Of a stretch of 64,000 nucleotides of DNA, positions 47,787-58,578 are shown piece after piece. Each line of letters begins with the position of its first letter. Positions within the stretch are counted from its first letter, which is position 1. This DNA comes from Candidatus Sumerlaeaceae bacterium (GTDB lineage Bacteria; Sumerlaeota; Sumerlaeia; Sumerlaeales; Sumerlaeaceae). The translations under genes were made by a program, and so were the position numbers. The notes below the pieces were generated by a model that did no database searches, was not told the DNA's origin, and worked only from the letters and a program-made list of their open reading frames with translations. The DNA is taken from the NCBI GenBank assembly GCA_049968255.1, contig JBMFRB010000003.1, forward strand, positions 199,385 to 263,384, written 5' to 3'.

Positions 47787-49190
47787 TTGCTCAATAGTTT
47801 GCTCGTTCCGACGGGGTGCACGATGGGAACGTTGCGGTTGCTGTCGGTCACGGAAAAATTCAAAGCACTCATCACTTGGGCCGAGCGCTCGCCCGTGCGT
47901 GCGCTGGCGGCTTTGTGGCTTGTCCTTGCGATTGTGGTGAGCACCGGGGATGCACTCACCGGCAGTACGCGGCGCGACTTCACATCCTATTCATTGGCGG
48001 CCGCGCGCACGATGTACCAGGGGGGCAATCCCTATTCACGCGAGGATGCGAAAACAAGTTATAAGTACTTGCCACTCAACGCGACGTTGCTCTGGCCATT
48101 CACGAGAATGCCCGTGGCGTTGGCCCAAGGCATGTGGACGGCAACGAATGTCGTGCTCCTTGCGGTTTGCCTTTGGGCGCATAGGCGCCTGTGGGCACAT
48201 GAACTCTGTGTTCCGTGGTGGGTCTGGGCGGTAGCTTTGGCCGTCGGACTTCGCTTCTTCGTGAAAAACATTCGCTTGGGTCAGTGGAATACTTCGGTTT
48301 ATTGTCTGTCGTTTTTGGGGCTCACAGTCCTCTATCGGGGCCGAGCATGGCTCGGCGGTGCGCTGCTGGCACTAGCAGCAGCCCTCAAATATATGCCAAG
48401 TTTTTTCGTCGTGCTTCTGGGACTAGAACGCCGGTGGCGTGCGATGGCCATCGTTGTCCTTGCCTATGTGGGGTGGGTCTTTGTGCTCCCGACAATTGTT
48501 CATGGCCCGTCGCGCCACCTGGAGTTGCTTGCCCTTTATCGCCAGAAAGCGGCCAAGAGTTACAACCATATGCTCGACGGCGACTACACGTCAAGCTTGT
48601 CGTTGCGCTCGACCGTCATGCGTTTGACATCGCCGATCAAATCGCGTCTCCCCAATCCCGACGCCTATGATTTCACGATTGTTCTTTTGCCAAAAGCAAC
48701 AGCGCGGCTCCTTAGCGAAGCCGTGGCCCTGGTGGTGTTTCTCGCCACAGTTGGGGCATCATGGTATATTCTCCGGCGTCAAGCTTCGCTGCGTGCCGAA
48801 TCACGTCCCGAGTCCGCGTCTTTTGATAATCCGCTTGGCGCGATGCAGCAACTTCTCCTGATCGGCCTTTGGTATACCATGCTGCTTATGATCAGTCCCG
48901 AGACGCGCACGCCTCATTTCCTCACTCTTTTCACGCCTGCCTTCGCCCTCAGCTTGGTATTAGCAAATTGGCGCTGGCATGCTGCTCGGCGGGCATTGGT
49001 TGCCCTGCTGCTCGGCGCGGCGACCGTTTTCTTGCTTGCCACAGCGGAAATTTCCGAGAAAGCGCGGTATCATCTTATCGCCAGTGGACTCGGTGCTTAC
49101 GCCTGGGCGCAAGTGGCCATGTGGCTTGCCTGTCTCTTCGCCCTCAGCGTCGTGTCGCAAGTCCCCCGTGACAGCGACGGGAAAGAGTAG
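47787..49190 (+). CDS. Polytopic membrane protein, DUF2029/GT87-like putative glycosyltransferase
   Basis: 467 aa, about 10+ TM helices. Early periplasmic loop with conserved aromatic/acidic residues (DFTSY...YKYLPLNA). Weak family assignment. Confidence 0.5.
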   Translation: MLNSLLVPTGCTMGTLRLLSVTEKFKALITWAERSPVRALAALWLVLAIVVSTGDALTGSTRRDFTSYSLAAARTMYQGGNPYSREDAKTSYKYLPLNATLLWPFTRMPVALAQGMWTATNVVLLAVCLWAHRRLWAHELCVPWWVWAVALAVGLRFFVKNIRLGQWNTSVYCLSFLGLTVLYRGRAWLGGALLALAAALKYMPSFFVVLLGLERRWRAMAIVVLAYVGWVFVLPTIVHGPSRHLELLALYRQKAAKSYNHMLDGDYTSSLSLRSTVMRLTSPIKSRLPNPDAYDFTIVLLPKATARLLSEAVALVVFLATVGASWYILRRQASLRAESRPESASFDNPLGAMQQLLLIGLWYTMLLMISPETRTPHFLTLFTPAFALSLVLANWRWHAARRALVALLLGAATVFLLATAEISEKARYHLIASGLGAYAWAQVAMWLACLFALSVVSQVPRDSDGKE

Positions 49191-49332
49191 AAAAAGTTCT
49201 TGGCAACTTCAGATTTTTCTTCGTTGCCAGAAATGCTCTGGTAACCATGTCCACTCAGGTCGTCGCGGCGTGTCCTGTTATTTTGGCAGGGCATGTCGGC
49301 GACGTCACACATTCTGAGAGAGGAGGCGATCT

Positions 49333-50715
49333 ATGCTCGGATTGCTTCTCAAGCCGGAAATTGAACAACTTATTCAGGAAGGCAACTTCGCGGTTCTTCG
49401 CGACGCTCTCTCGGAGCTTCCGCCTGCTGATGTGGCAGACGCACTCGTCGATTTGCCACCAGAACAAAGCGCGATTGTCTTTCGCATTTTGCCGCGCGCT
49501 CTAGCGGCCGAAGTCTTCGACTTCCTTCCCACTGATGCTCAAGAAGCCATTCTCAAGGCGATGGCGGATCGCGACGTCAGCGAGCTGCTCGATGCCATGG
49601 CTCCCGACGACCGCACGCGCCTGCTCGAGGAACTCCCGGCTTCCGTCACGCGCCGCCTCATGGATCTTCTCAGCCCCGAGGAATTAGCAGTCGCCAAGAC
49701 GTTGCTCGGCTATCCGCCCCACAGTGTCGGGCGCCGCATGACGCCAGATTACCTTGCGGTGCCGGACAATTGGAATGTTGGCCAAGTGATCCGTTTCATT
49801 CGCCAGCATGGCAAAAACAAAGAAACACTCAACGTCATCTATGTTACCGACGAGCGAGGTGTTCTGCGTGGCGATGTGACGATTTCTGACCTCCTGCTTG
49901 CAGCCGACGAGACGCCAGTTATAGAAATTGTCGACGAAAGCGTTCCGCGTTTGCTGGCCACCGACGACCAGGAAAAAGCGGTCGAAATGTTTGGCCGTTA
50001 CCGGCGCGACGCGCTACCCGTTGTCAGTTCCGACGGCGTCTTGCTGGGCATCATCACGGTGGACGACGTGCTTGATGTGGCCCAGGAAGAGGCAACGGAG
50101 GATATTCACAAAATCGGTGGTACGCTGGCGATCGATGAGCCTTACTTGCGCGTGGATATTCGGACGATGGTGCTCAAGCGTGCGCCGTGGCTTGTCATCC
50201 TTTTCCTCAGCGAAATGCTCACTTCCACCGCCCTTTCCTTCTATGAACATCAAATTGCCAGTGTGGCCGCTCTTGCCTTCTTCATCCCGTTGATTATTTC
50301 CAGCGGTGGCAACTCGGGCAGTCAGGCCGCCACGCTGATCAATCGCGCTCTGGCCCTCGGCGAAGTCACAGTGCGCGACGTGTGGGCCGTATTTCGGCGC
50401 GAGGTCACAGCTGGCGCGTTCCTTGGTATTCCGCTCGCTGTCATTGTCTTTTTGCGCATTGTTGTTTGGCATTGGCTCGCGCCTGAAAAACTCGGCCCCA
50501 TCTGGTTCTCGCTTGCCATCATTGTTGGCCTCTCGGTGATCGCTGTGGTGTTATGGGGCAATCTGATAGGATCACTCCTGCCGCTGCTTTTTAAAGCTAT
50601 CGGTGTAGATCCAGCAGTAACGTCTGCGCCCTTCGTGGCCACACTCGTGGATGTTACCGGCATCATCATCTATTTTACCGTTGCAACTTGGGTCTTGGGA
50701 GGTATGCTACACTAG
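49333..50715 (+). CDS. mgtE: Magnesium transporter MgtE
   Basis: N-domain plus tandem CBS domains, C-terminal TM domain with GGNSGSQAATL motif. Confidence 0.87.
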   Translation: MLGLLLKPEIEQLIQEGNFAVLRDALSELPPADVADALVDLPPEQSAIVFRILPRALAAEVFDFLPTDAQEAILKAMADRDVSELLDAMAPDDRTRLLEELPASVTRRLMDLLSPEELAVAKTLLGYPPHSVGRRMTPDYLAVPDNWNVGQVIRFIRQHGKNKETLNVIYVTDERGVLRGDVTISDLLLAADETPVIEIVDESVPRLLATDDQEKAVEMFGRYRRDALPVVSSDGVLLGIITVDDVLDVAQEEATEDIHKIGGTLAIDEPYLRVDIRTMVLKRAPWLVILFLSEMLTSTALSFYEHQIASVAALAFFIPLIISSGGNSGSQAATLINRALALGEVTVRDVWAVFRREVTAGAFLGIPLAVIVFLRIVVWHWLAPEKLGPIWFSLAIIVGLSVIAVVLWGNLIGSLLPLLFKAIGVDPAVTSAPFVATLVDVTGIIIYFTVATWVLGGMLH

Positions 50716-50770
50716 CAGCAGTTGGAGTCGCCGTCGCCCAAGAAATGGCGGCCAAGAGGGGGAGCCAACA

Positions 50771-51631
50771 ATGAACGACACCGGCGAGGAACTCTTGAGC
50801 AAGGCCGCCAGAGCGTTGGCGGAGGCTGATGCCCTCTTTATCGCAGCGGGCGCGGGCATGGGCGTGGACAGCGGCTTGCCCGATTTTCGAGGTGCCACCG
50901 GTTTTTGGCGGGCCTATCCCCCGCTTGCACGGCTGGGCTTAGGCTTTGAAGACATTGCCAATCCCCTGTGGTTCCGCACCGACCCCCATCTGGCGTGGGG
51001 ATTCTACGGCCACCGCCTTATGCTTTATCGGCAACGGACGCCACATGCCGGCTACCAAATTCTCCTCAGATGGGCAAAAGCAAAACCAGTCGGATACTTT
51101 GTATTCACCTCGAATGTGGATCGCCACTTTGCGCGAGCTGGTTTTTCCGAAGAGCGGATTGTCGAGTGCCACGGCAGCATCGAGCATTTGCAGTGCGTGG
51201 AACCGTGCACCCACGATTTGTGGGAAGCGCTAGCCGAGGGCATTGTGGTGGACGAACACACTATGCGTGCTGCGGATCCTCTTCCGCACTGCCCCCGATG
51301 TGGAGAGCTCGCGCGTCCTAACATCCTCATGTTCTGCGATTGCCACTGGGTCGAGGACCGGACGGCGGCGCAACGGCACCGACTCGACCAATGGTTCAAC
51401 ACGGTTTTCCACGGTGGAGCTAAGGTCGCAATCATCGAACTCGGAGCAGGCCCCACCGTTCCCACCGTGCGTTGGACGTGCGAATCCCTCATGCGTGCGG
51501 TGGGTGCCCCCTTGATCCGCATTAATCTTCACGACGCTGAGGGCCCACCGGGTTGCATCTCGCTGGCAGGTGGGGCGCTCGCCATCCTCGAGCAGCTGGA
51601 TTCGAAGCTTGCTGCTGAAGGATCCCGCTGA
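50771..51631 (+). CDS. Sir2-family NAD-dependent protein deacylase (sirtuin)
   Basis: GAGMGVDSGLPDFRG NAD-binding motif, FTSNVDRHF, catalytic HG (ECHGSIEHLQC), zinc ribbon CxxC...CxxC (CVEPC...CPRCG). ATG at 50771. Confidence 0.75.
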   Translation: MNDTGEELLSKAARALAEADALFIAAGAGMGVDSGLPDFRGATGFWRAYPPLARLGLGFEDIANPLWFRTDPHLAWGFYGHRLMLYRQRTPHAGYQILLRWAKAKPVGYFVFTSNVDRHFARAGFSEERIVECHGSIEHLQCVEPCTHDLWEALAEGIVVDEHTMRAADPLPHCPRCGELARPNILMFCDCHWVEDRTAAQRHRLDQWFNTVFHGGAKVAIIELGAGPTVPTVRWTCESLMRAVGAPLIRINLHDAEGPPGCISLAGGALAILEQLDSKLAAEGSR

Positions 51632-51817
51632 GCCCAACTTCGTGTGGCGGCCGCCACTTTTTTGACCGATTTTGGCGATCCCTGGGCATAGAAAACAGCT
51701 TTTCATCATTTCTTGGCTTGACCCTCGACAGCGAATTGCCTTGATTGCGACATGAATCATGGGTTACCCTAGAGCGGTTTTAGTGAGTTGACGATTCGGT
51801 AAACAGGAGCAACAGCA

Positions 51818-52957
<1,140 letters not shown>

Positions 52958-53142
52958 AAGCGCGCTTCGGGTCTTTATCTTCTCACTAGCTTTTGAGAAA
53001 GAAAACATGCATGCCACAGCGAACGACGCGTTTCTCGAATGGGGTTGACCATTCGTGGCCGCCGTGCGTAGCTCAATCTTTTTTCACATCATCGAGGCTC
53101 ACTCAAACGCGACAGCCGGTTTTCCGGGAGCGCCTACTCCGC

Positions 53143-55032
53143 TCATTGTTCCTCGCGGCACAACCCTTGAAGATATTTTGCTATCTCCGCCGCCGGAGCT
53201 GCCCTACCGAATAGAAAACCTTGAGCAAACTGGCACCCCGTAGCTTCCAGGAATTGCGCCTGTTCCTCGGTTTCCACGCCCTCGGCCACAACCTTGAGTT
53301 GGAGATGGTCGCTTAGCCCAACGATCGTCCGTGCGATCCCTTCTGCCTCGGCGGTTCCCGGCACGGAACGGACGAAGGAGATATCCATTTTCAATAGGCG
53401 GATCGGCAAGTGCGCGAGGTAACCTAGAGCCGAGTAACCAGTTCCAAAATCGTCAAGGCATGGCGCCACGCCCAGATTGGCTAAGTCGGTGAGAACCTTT
53501 TTGGCCTGCTCCAAATCAGCGAACATGAGCGTCTCAGTCACCTCGATTTTCAACTGCCACGGATCAAGCTTGGTATCTTTGAGAATTTGCTCAATTTCTT
53601 TCACGAACCCAGGCTGAAGAACGTGGCGCGGAGAGAAGTTGACGCTCACCCAAAGCGGCGTTTTGCGAAGCGTTGGCATCTCTTCGAGCCACTGGCGGAG
53701 TTGCTGGCAAGCACGCTGGCAGACGTAATAGTCCAGCGCACAAATGAGCCCCGAGTCTTCGGCCACCGGGATAAATTCCGAGGGGGAGATAGGCCCTTTT
53801 TCAGGATGCATCCACCGCACCAGAGCCTCTAAGCCGACCACCTGCGTATCGGTCAACCGCACGATCGGCTGGTAATAGACTTCGAGTTGTCGCTCTTCTA
53901 GGGCGCTTCGCAAATCACGTTCGAGCTCGAGTGTGCGGAGCGCCGCCTCATGAAGTTTCTGGTCATAAATCACGCAGCTCCCGGGCCCCTCGCGTTTTGC
54001 TTTGCCCACCGCGAGTTCAGCCTCTGCCAAGACCTGACTCGGCTCTGGAAAAGGTGGGCGCAGAAGTACAATTCCAATGCTCGAGGAAAGCCTGAGTGAC
54101 TGCCCCATAATGAAAAAGGGGTGATCGAACGTGTCGGACAGCCGCTCGGCAATCCGCAATGCTTCCGCTTCGTCGTCGAAGCCTTCCACCAACACGGCGA
54201 ATTCGTCGCTGCCGAGGCGCGCGACGGTGTCCGATGGTCGCACCACCGCTCGGAAACGCGCCGCGATTTCTCGCAGGACCGTGTCGCCGCCAGCGACTCC
54301 AACGATGTCATTGACACGTTTGAACTGGTCAACGTCAGCAAACAGAAGCGCGGCCCCGATTTCTGGCGCTCGTTCCAACCTCCGCACGCACTGAGCAAGG
54401 CGATCGAGAAAGAGCATGCGATTGGCAATATTGGTCACCGGATCGGTCAACAACTGCTGTTTGTACCTTTCTTCAAGCAGCTTGTGTTCAGTAATTTCGC
54501 GGATGACCACGACGACGCCGCAAAAGCGCCCACCCAAAGTTCTAGGACTCACGCGCGCGCTGTACCACCGGCGGCCGTCGGGCATGTCGAGGGGGTAGGA
54601 GTACTCGGAAAGTTCGCCACGCTTGGCTCGCTCGAAGGCCGGATCAAAAAGCGCACAAAGCTCCGGCGGCATAACCTCATTGTGCATTCTGCCAATAAAA
54701 ACGGAGGGACTTAGGTACAGACCAGGTCCCGACGTGTGATACGTCAAAAACCTTCCTTGCTCATCGAGGACAAACACGAGACCCGGCAAGGCGTTCAACA
54801 GCGCTTCGAAGTTCGCTTGACAATCCGCTAGCTGTTCCTGCAACTCCTTGGCACTCTGGGGGGTGTTGGCTGTCTCTTTTGCAATCTTTGGCTCTTTATC
54901 GCCGTCGAAACCGTTCTGTGAGTTATTCACGGAATAGCCCCCTTTCCTCACTCCTGGTTGCAGTAAAAAACGAACTTTTTTCGTTGAGCTAATGGCGAGG
55001 CAAAGGAGATCCCCCTTGTCGCCGAGATCCAC
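53143..55032 (-). CDS. PAS-GGDEF-EAL signalling protein (degenerate GGDEF, intact EAL)
   Basis: GGDEF position reads RLGSDEF (second Gly replaced). EAL domain with EALVRW, DDFGTGYS, KMD motifs. N-terminal PAS. Confidence 0.85.
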   Translation of the reverse strand: MDLGDKGDLLCLAISSTKKVRFLLQPGVRKGGYSVNNSQNGFDGDKEPKIAKETANTPQSAKELQEQLADCQANFEALLNALPGLVFVLDEQGRFLTYHTSGPGLYLSPSVFIGRMHNEVMPPELCALFDPAFERAKRGELSEYSYPLDMPDGRRWYSARVSPRTLGGRFCGVVVVIREITEHKLLEERYKQQLLTDPVTNIANRMLFLDRLAQCVRRLERAPEIGAALLFADVDQFKRVNDIVGVAGGDTVLREIAARFRAVVRPSDTVARLGSDEFAVLVEGFDDEAEALRIAERLSDTFDHPFFIMGQSLRLSSSIGIVLLRPPFPEPSQVLAEAELAVGKAKREGPGSCVIYDQKLHEAALRTLELERDLRSALEERQLEVYYQPIVRLTDTQVVGLEALVRWMHPEKGPISPSEFIPVAEDSGLICALDYYVCQRACQQLRQWLEEMPTLRKTPLWVSVNFSPRHVLQPGFVKEIEQILKDTKLDPWQLKIEVTETLMFADLEQAKKVLTDLANLGVAPCLDDFGTGYSALGYLAHLPIRLLKMDISFVRSVPGTAEAEGIARTIVGLSDHLQLKVVAEGVETEEQAQFLEATGCQFAQGFLFGRAAPAAEIAKYLQGLCREEQ

Positions 55033-55349
55033 CTTGTCGGGCCATCAGCTCACTGCATTTGCGCTACGTCATAGGCAATGAAATTCTTTATAGTTCAATG
55101 GGAAAATGCGAGTTTGAGCATGTGTTTTTTTGTTTTTTCGCCAAAAAAACTAGCGGATCTCCTTGGGTGGTCATTTTTATTGCTTCGAGACAAAATGTCT
55201 TTCCTAAAGAGCCGCAAGGGACCAAGTAATTACTTTCACGAATAAAAACGTTCCAAGCTCTTACGCTGATAAAGGACTGGGCTTGACGCGCTTTGTTTGT
55301 GCTCCGCTGCTTGACTCAGTTCAATTTCAGGAAAGGAAGGTTTCTCGCT
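55033..55349. promoter_or_regulatory. AT-rich divergent promoter region (GGDEF-EAL gene / fba)
   Basis: 317-bp gap, locally AT-rich (TTTTTTTGTTTTTTCGCCAAAAAAACTAGC). AGGAAGG RBS 8 nt before the fba ATG. Candidate -35 TTGACG at about 55282. Confidence 0.35.
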
Positions 55350-56381
55350 ATGCCTCTCGTTCCAATGCGGATTCTTCTCGATCACGCGGCTGAACATGGT
55401 TATGGCCTGGCCGCACTCAACGTCAACAACATGGAGCAGATCCAGGCCATTATGGCCGCGGCCGAAGAAACAAATTCTCCGGTCATCATCCAGGCGTCGC
55501 GAGGTGCACGTGCTTACAGTCAGGATGCTTACTTGCGTCACCTCATCTTGGCGGCGGCTGAACTGCATCCGCGAATTCCCATCGCGATGCACCTCGATCA
55601 CGGCAACGAGCCAGCCACGTGCTACAGCGCGATTGCCCAGGGCTTTACGTCGGTCATGATGGACGGCTCGCTCATGCCGGACGGAAAAACGGTGGCCTCT
55701 TACCAGTACAACGTCAAAGTCACTCGCGAGGTGGTGCTCGTGGCCCACGCACTCGGCGTGACCGTTGAGGGGGAGGTCGGTGCGCTCGGCGGTATCGAAG
55801 ACGGCCATGGGGCTGGTCTCGACGAAGAGAAGGCCAAGGAGCATCTCACAGATCCGACGCAGGCTGAACAATTTGTGGCTGAAACCGGTGTTGACGCGCT
55901 CGCCGTCGCTATTGGCACCAGCCACGGCGCCTACAAATTCAAGAAGCCCCCGACAGGCGATGTTCTGCGCATTGACCTGGTGAAAGAGATTCATCGCCGT
56001 CTCCCAAATACCCACCTCGTTATGCACGGCTCTTCCAGTGTGCCGCAGGAGCTCGTCGAGATCATCAACAAGTATGGAGGCGCCCTCAAACCATCGTTTG
56101 GCGTTCCCATCGAGCAGATTCAGGAAGCCATCAAGCACGGTGTGCGCAAAGTCAATGTGGACACCGATAACCGTCTGGCCATCACGGGAGCTATCCGTAA
56201 GGTCTTTGCGGAGACCCCGGAAAAATTCGACCCGCGCGATTACCTGAAGCCTGCACGCGAGGCAATGAAGGAAGTCTGCAAGGCGCGCATGATCGCCTTC
56301 GGTCAGGCCGGCTGGGCTGACAAAGTGAAGGCCATTTCGTGCCGTGAAATGATCTCCTTCTACGTGAGCAAGCAGAGCTAA
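55350..56381 (+). CDS. fba: Fructose-bisphosphate aldolase, class II
   Basis: LNVNNMEQIQAIMAAAEETNSPVIIQAS..., HLDHG, GTSHGAYKF, HGSSSVPQE motifs. ATG at 55350. TTG-extended ORF from 55293 rejected. Confidence 0.87.
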   Translation: MPLVPMRILLDHAAEHGYGLAALNVNNMEQIQAIMAAAEETNSPVIIQASRGARAYSQDAYLRHLILAAAELHPRIPIAMHLDHGNEPATCYSAIAQGFTSVMMDGSLMPDGKTVASYQYNVKVTREVVLVAHALGVTVEGEVGALGGIEDGHGAGLDEEKAKEHLTDPTQAEQFVAETGVDALAVAIGTSHGAYKFKKPPTGDVLRIDLVKEIHRRLPNTHLVMHGSSSVPQELVEIINKYGGALKPSFGVPIEQIQEAIKHGVRKVNVDTDNRLAITGAIRKVFAETPEKFDPRDYLKPAREAMKEVCKARMIAFGQAGWADKVKAISCREMISFYVSKQS

Positions 56382-56682
56382 TCCACATCGGACATGCGTG
56401 CTTTGCCGCTCAGCGCGGCAGGTCGGATGTTTCGGGGCTGACGTGCTTGGCTTCGCGGTGCCTCCGGCTAAGCGTGCCATCGCCGCGGGCGCTAGACGAA
56501 AGCGCGTTGACGCCATCGGCATTTCTCAAAATGCGTGGTCGAACGTTGCTCGTCGCATATCCTGGGCGCCGACAGTGGTGAGGGTCCAAGGATGGAGGGG
56601 TTGCGGTGACGCGCAGGCGCGAGCGCCGGCACGAGAATATTGGCGCACGTCGCGCTTGCTCACACGCCTAAGAAGCGCTTCG

Positions 56683-56725
56683 CCGTGGCGAGGGACGGGA
56701 GTCCCTCCCACGGCTTTTTGTTTTT
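56683..56725 (+). terminator. Rho-independent terminator about 300 nt downstream of fba
   Basis: CCGTGG-CGAG-GGAC-GGGA-GTCC-CTC-CCACGG nested GC-rich hairpin followed by CTTTTTGTTTTT. Confidence 0.45.
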
Positions 56726-56985
56726 CGCGGCAATTAGCATGGGGGCGATTTATGCGACAAACAGTCGGCATGATGAAATGTTCCTTCACGACAGAAACGC
56801 AGTTAATATAATAATATAATGTTCTCTCAATAGCAAAAAAAGAGAACGATGGCACGTCTCGCCTCTGACGCCGGAGCTGGCGTCAGGAATCATGAGCTCA
56901 TGCCATACGGCTTTTCTGCCAACACGGTACTTCGCGCAAGTTTGGGGACGGCTACCGGCGGCCGAGCGCTGGTTTGTCGTTTTTG

Positions 56986-57927
56986 TCAATTCGCCTTCGT
57001 ATCGATTGGCTCCTGTGGGGAGGACCTCACAGCGCGTGGCTGTCCGTGGCCGCGAGGCCGATCGCGCGTCTCCGATTCTCTCGAGCTTTCGCGCATCGCC
57101 GCAGACTTTGTCCGCAGCGTTGACAAGAGCTCCGTTAGGTCATCGAGCTGATTCTGAACGTTTTCCAGCCGCCGCCGCAATTCATCCTGCTCGCGCTGCA
57201 AGCGGTCGAGTTGGCGCAGGGCCCCTTCGATGGCCTCCTGGCTCGTGCGTTCCTGCTGCCACATAGCACGCGTGAGCGCCCCGAACCACTCTCCGGCATT
57301 TCCAGCTTCATCGAGGCGATCGAGTTGGGCAAGCACTGCCCCGTAGTAGCGCCGCCAACGTTTTGCCATCGGAGTGCCCTCACCCTTCGTGGCTTGGTGC
57401 TCGGCAGGCGCAGGATGCTCATCAAGCTGGTCGAGCCGAAGCTTCACTTCCTGTTCAATGATGCGACGATCAGCTTTGAGTTGACTCAGAAGGGCAATAG
57501 ACTGTGTATTGAGTTCATCCTCGCGCTTGAGCACCTCGTGAAATCGTGCCAACTGCTCCGCCGCGGGCCTTTCCGAACTTCGCGCAATCTGCTCGCGCTC
57601 GCGTTGTAGCTTCATTCGTTCCTTTTGAATCGCCACGAATGCTTGCAGGTGTTTCGCGAGTGTCGGCACGCGGTGCAGCTCTTCCCAGAGATCTGCCCGC
57701 AAGCCTAAAGGATCAGTTGTCCGCCCCTCGCGCTCTAACCACATTCGGCGCCATAGAGGACCATGCCCCCCGCGTATTTGGTCGACCAACCGATCATGTT
57801 GCGCCACAGCATTGGAAGCCTCGGCACGACGCTGCGGCTCAGTCACGGGGGGCTGTGCACCGACTGCGATGGTCAAGCTCAGTGCGCCGAGAAAGAGAAA
57901 TGTCCTCCACGAATTTCGCTGGTTCAT
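56986..57927 (-). CDS. Hypothetical periplasmic coiled-coil protein
   Basis: Signal peptide (MNQRNSWRTFLFLGALSLTIAVGAQP). Gln/Arg/Glu/Leu-rich heptad-like sequence throughout. No catalytic motif. ATG at 57927. Confidence 0.5.
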   Translation of the reverse strand: MNQRNSWRTFLFLGALSLTIAVGAQPPVTEPQRRAEASNAVAQHDRLVDQIRGGHGPLWRRMWLEREGRTTDPLGLRADLWEELHRVPTLAKHLQAFVAIQKERMKLQREREQIARSSERPAAEQLARFHEVLKREDELNTQSIALLSQLKADRRIIEQEVKLRLDQLDEHPAPAEHQATKGEGTPMAKRWRRYYGAVLAQLDRLDEAGNAGEWFGALTRAMWQQERTSQEAIEGALRQLDRLQREQDELRRRLENVQNQLDDLTELLSTLRTKSAAMRESSRESETRDRPRGHGQPRAVRSSPQEPIDTKAN

Positions 57928-58052
57928 GTGCAATGCTTCCTCTCGCCGACTCTTCGGCTTCTTCGTAACAAACGAGCACAACGTGTGCCAGCCGAGCTGG
58001 TCGGTCTAAGGAGGACAGGGTGGTGGGTTTTCTTGGCGGCTTCAATGGAAAA

Positions 58053-58466
58053 TCAACGCCAGAGATCCGGATCACTCTCCTCGGGCAATCCTTCGATAAG
58101 TTGAGTTGCAGCCTCGAGCAGCTCTTGAGAGTCTGTGAGAAGCCCCTCTAGGCGCTCACGAAGTTCTTGCGTGCTGGCGTGCAGAAGGGTGGTGGATATG
58201 AAGCCCTGCGTTGTAGGCGAGTGGGCACGAAGTGCCAAAAAACGCATACTCTGGAAACGGGGATCGAATTCCGGATTCATAGCTCGCACGGCCATCTCCA
58301 GCACCACTTCCGATTCGCTGCCGTTGAGCGACGAGCGATGCCTTACGCGCCGCGCGGCTACTAAATCCGGAAACAATCCCGCCTGCGCCACAAACTCGCC
58401 GTATTTCGAAACGAGCTCGTGGAGCATCTCCCGGATGGCATTGTTCAGTGTCATCGCTTCCGCCAT
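58053..58466 (-). CDS. Hypothetical protein
   Basis: 137-aa ORF upstream of and co-oriented with the coiled-coil protein gene. No recognisable domain. Weak coding confidence. Confidence 0.4.
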   Translation of the reverse strand: MAEAMTLNNAIREMLHELVSKYGEFVAQAGLFPDLVAARRVRHRSSLNGSESEVVLEMAVRAMNPEFDPRFQSMRFLALRAHSPTTQGFISTTLLHASTQELRERLEGLLTDSQELLEAATQLIEGLPEESDPDLWR

Positions 58467-58578
58467 AAAGCAACAAGCAAATAGGCTGGCGTCTAGTAGC
58501 TATTCACAGGCGGGCTGGAACTTTTCTGCTTGTGTGCTGAATGCGAAGCCAGCAGGGCGCGTAAGCTAAACGCGTTCT

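Noticed and set aside
50771-51631. Sir2 gene as part of an anti-phage system (Thoeris/DSR-like)
   Set aside because: Sequence has the full sirtuin deacylase motif set including the zinc ribbon. Neighbours are mgtE and an orphan sugar ABC ATPase. No TIR, HerA or other defence partner is present.
55236-56522. 428-codon ORF antisense to fba
   Set aside because: Fully antisense to a well-supported class II aldolase gene. No domain signature. High-GC antisense ORF.
56398-56811. 137-codon Arg-rich ORF downstream of fba
   Set aside because: Extremely Arg/Ala-rich with no coding-like periodicity. The region ends in an intrinsic terminator and is better explained as a 3'UTR or small RNA.
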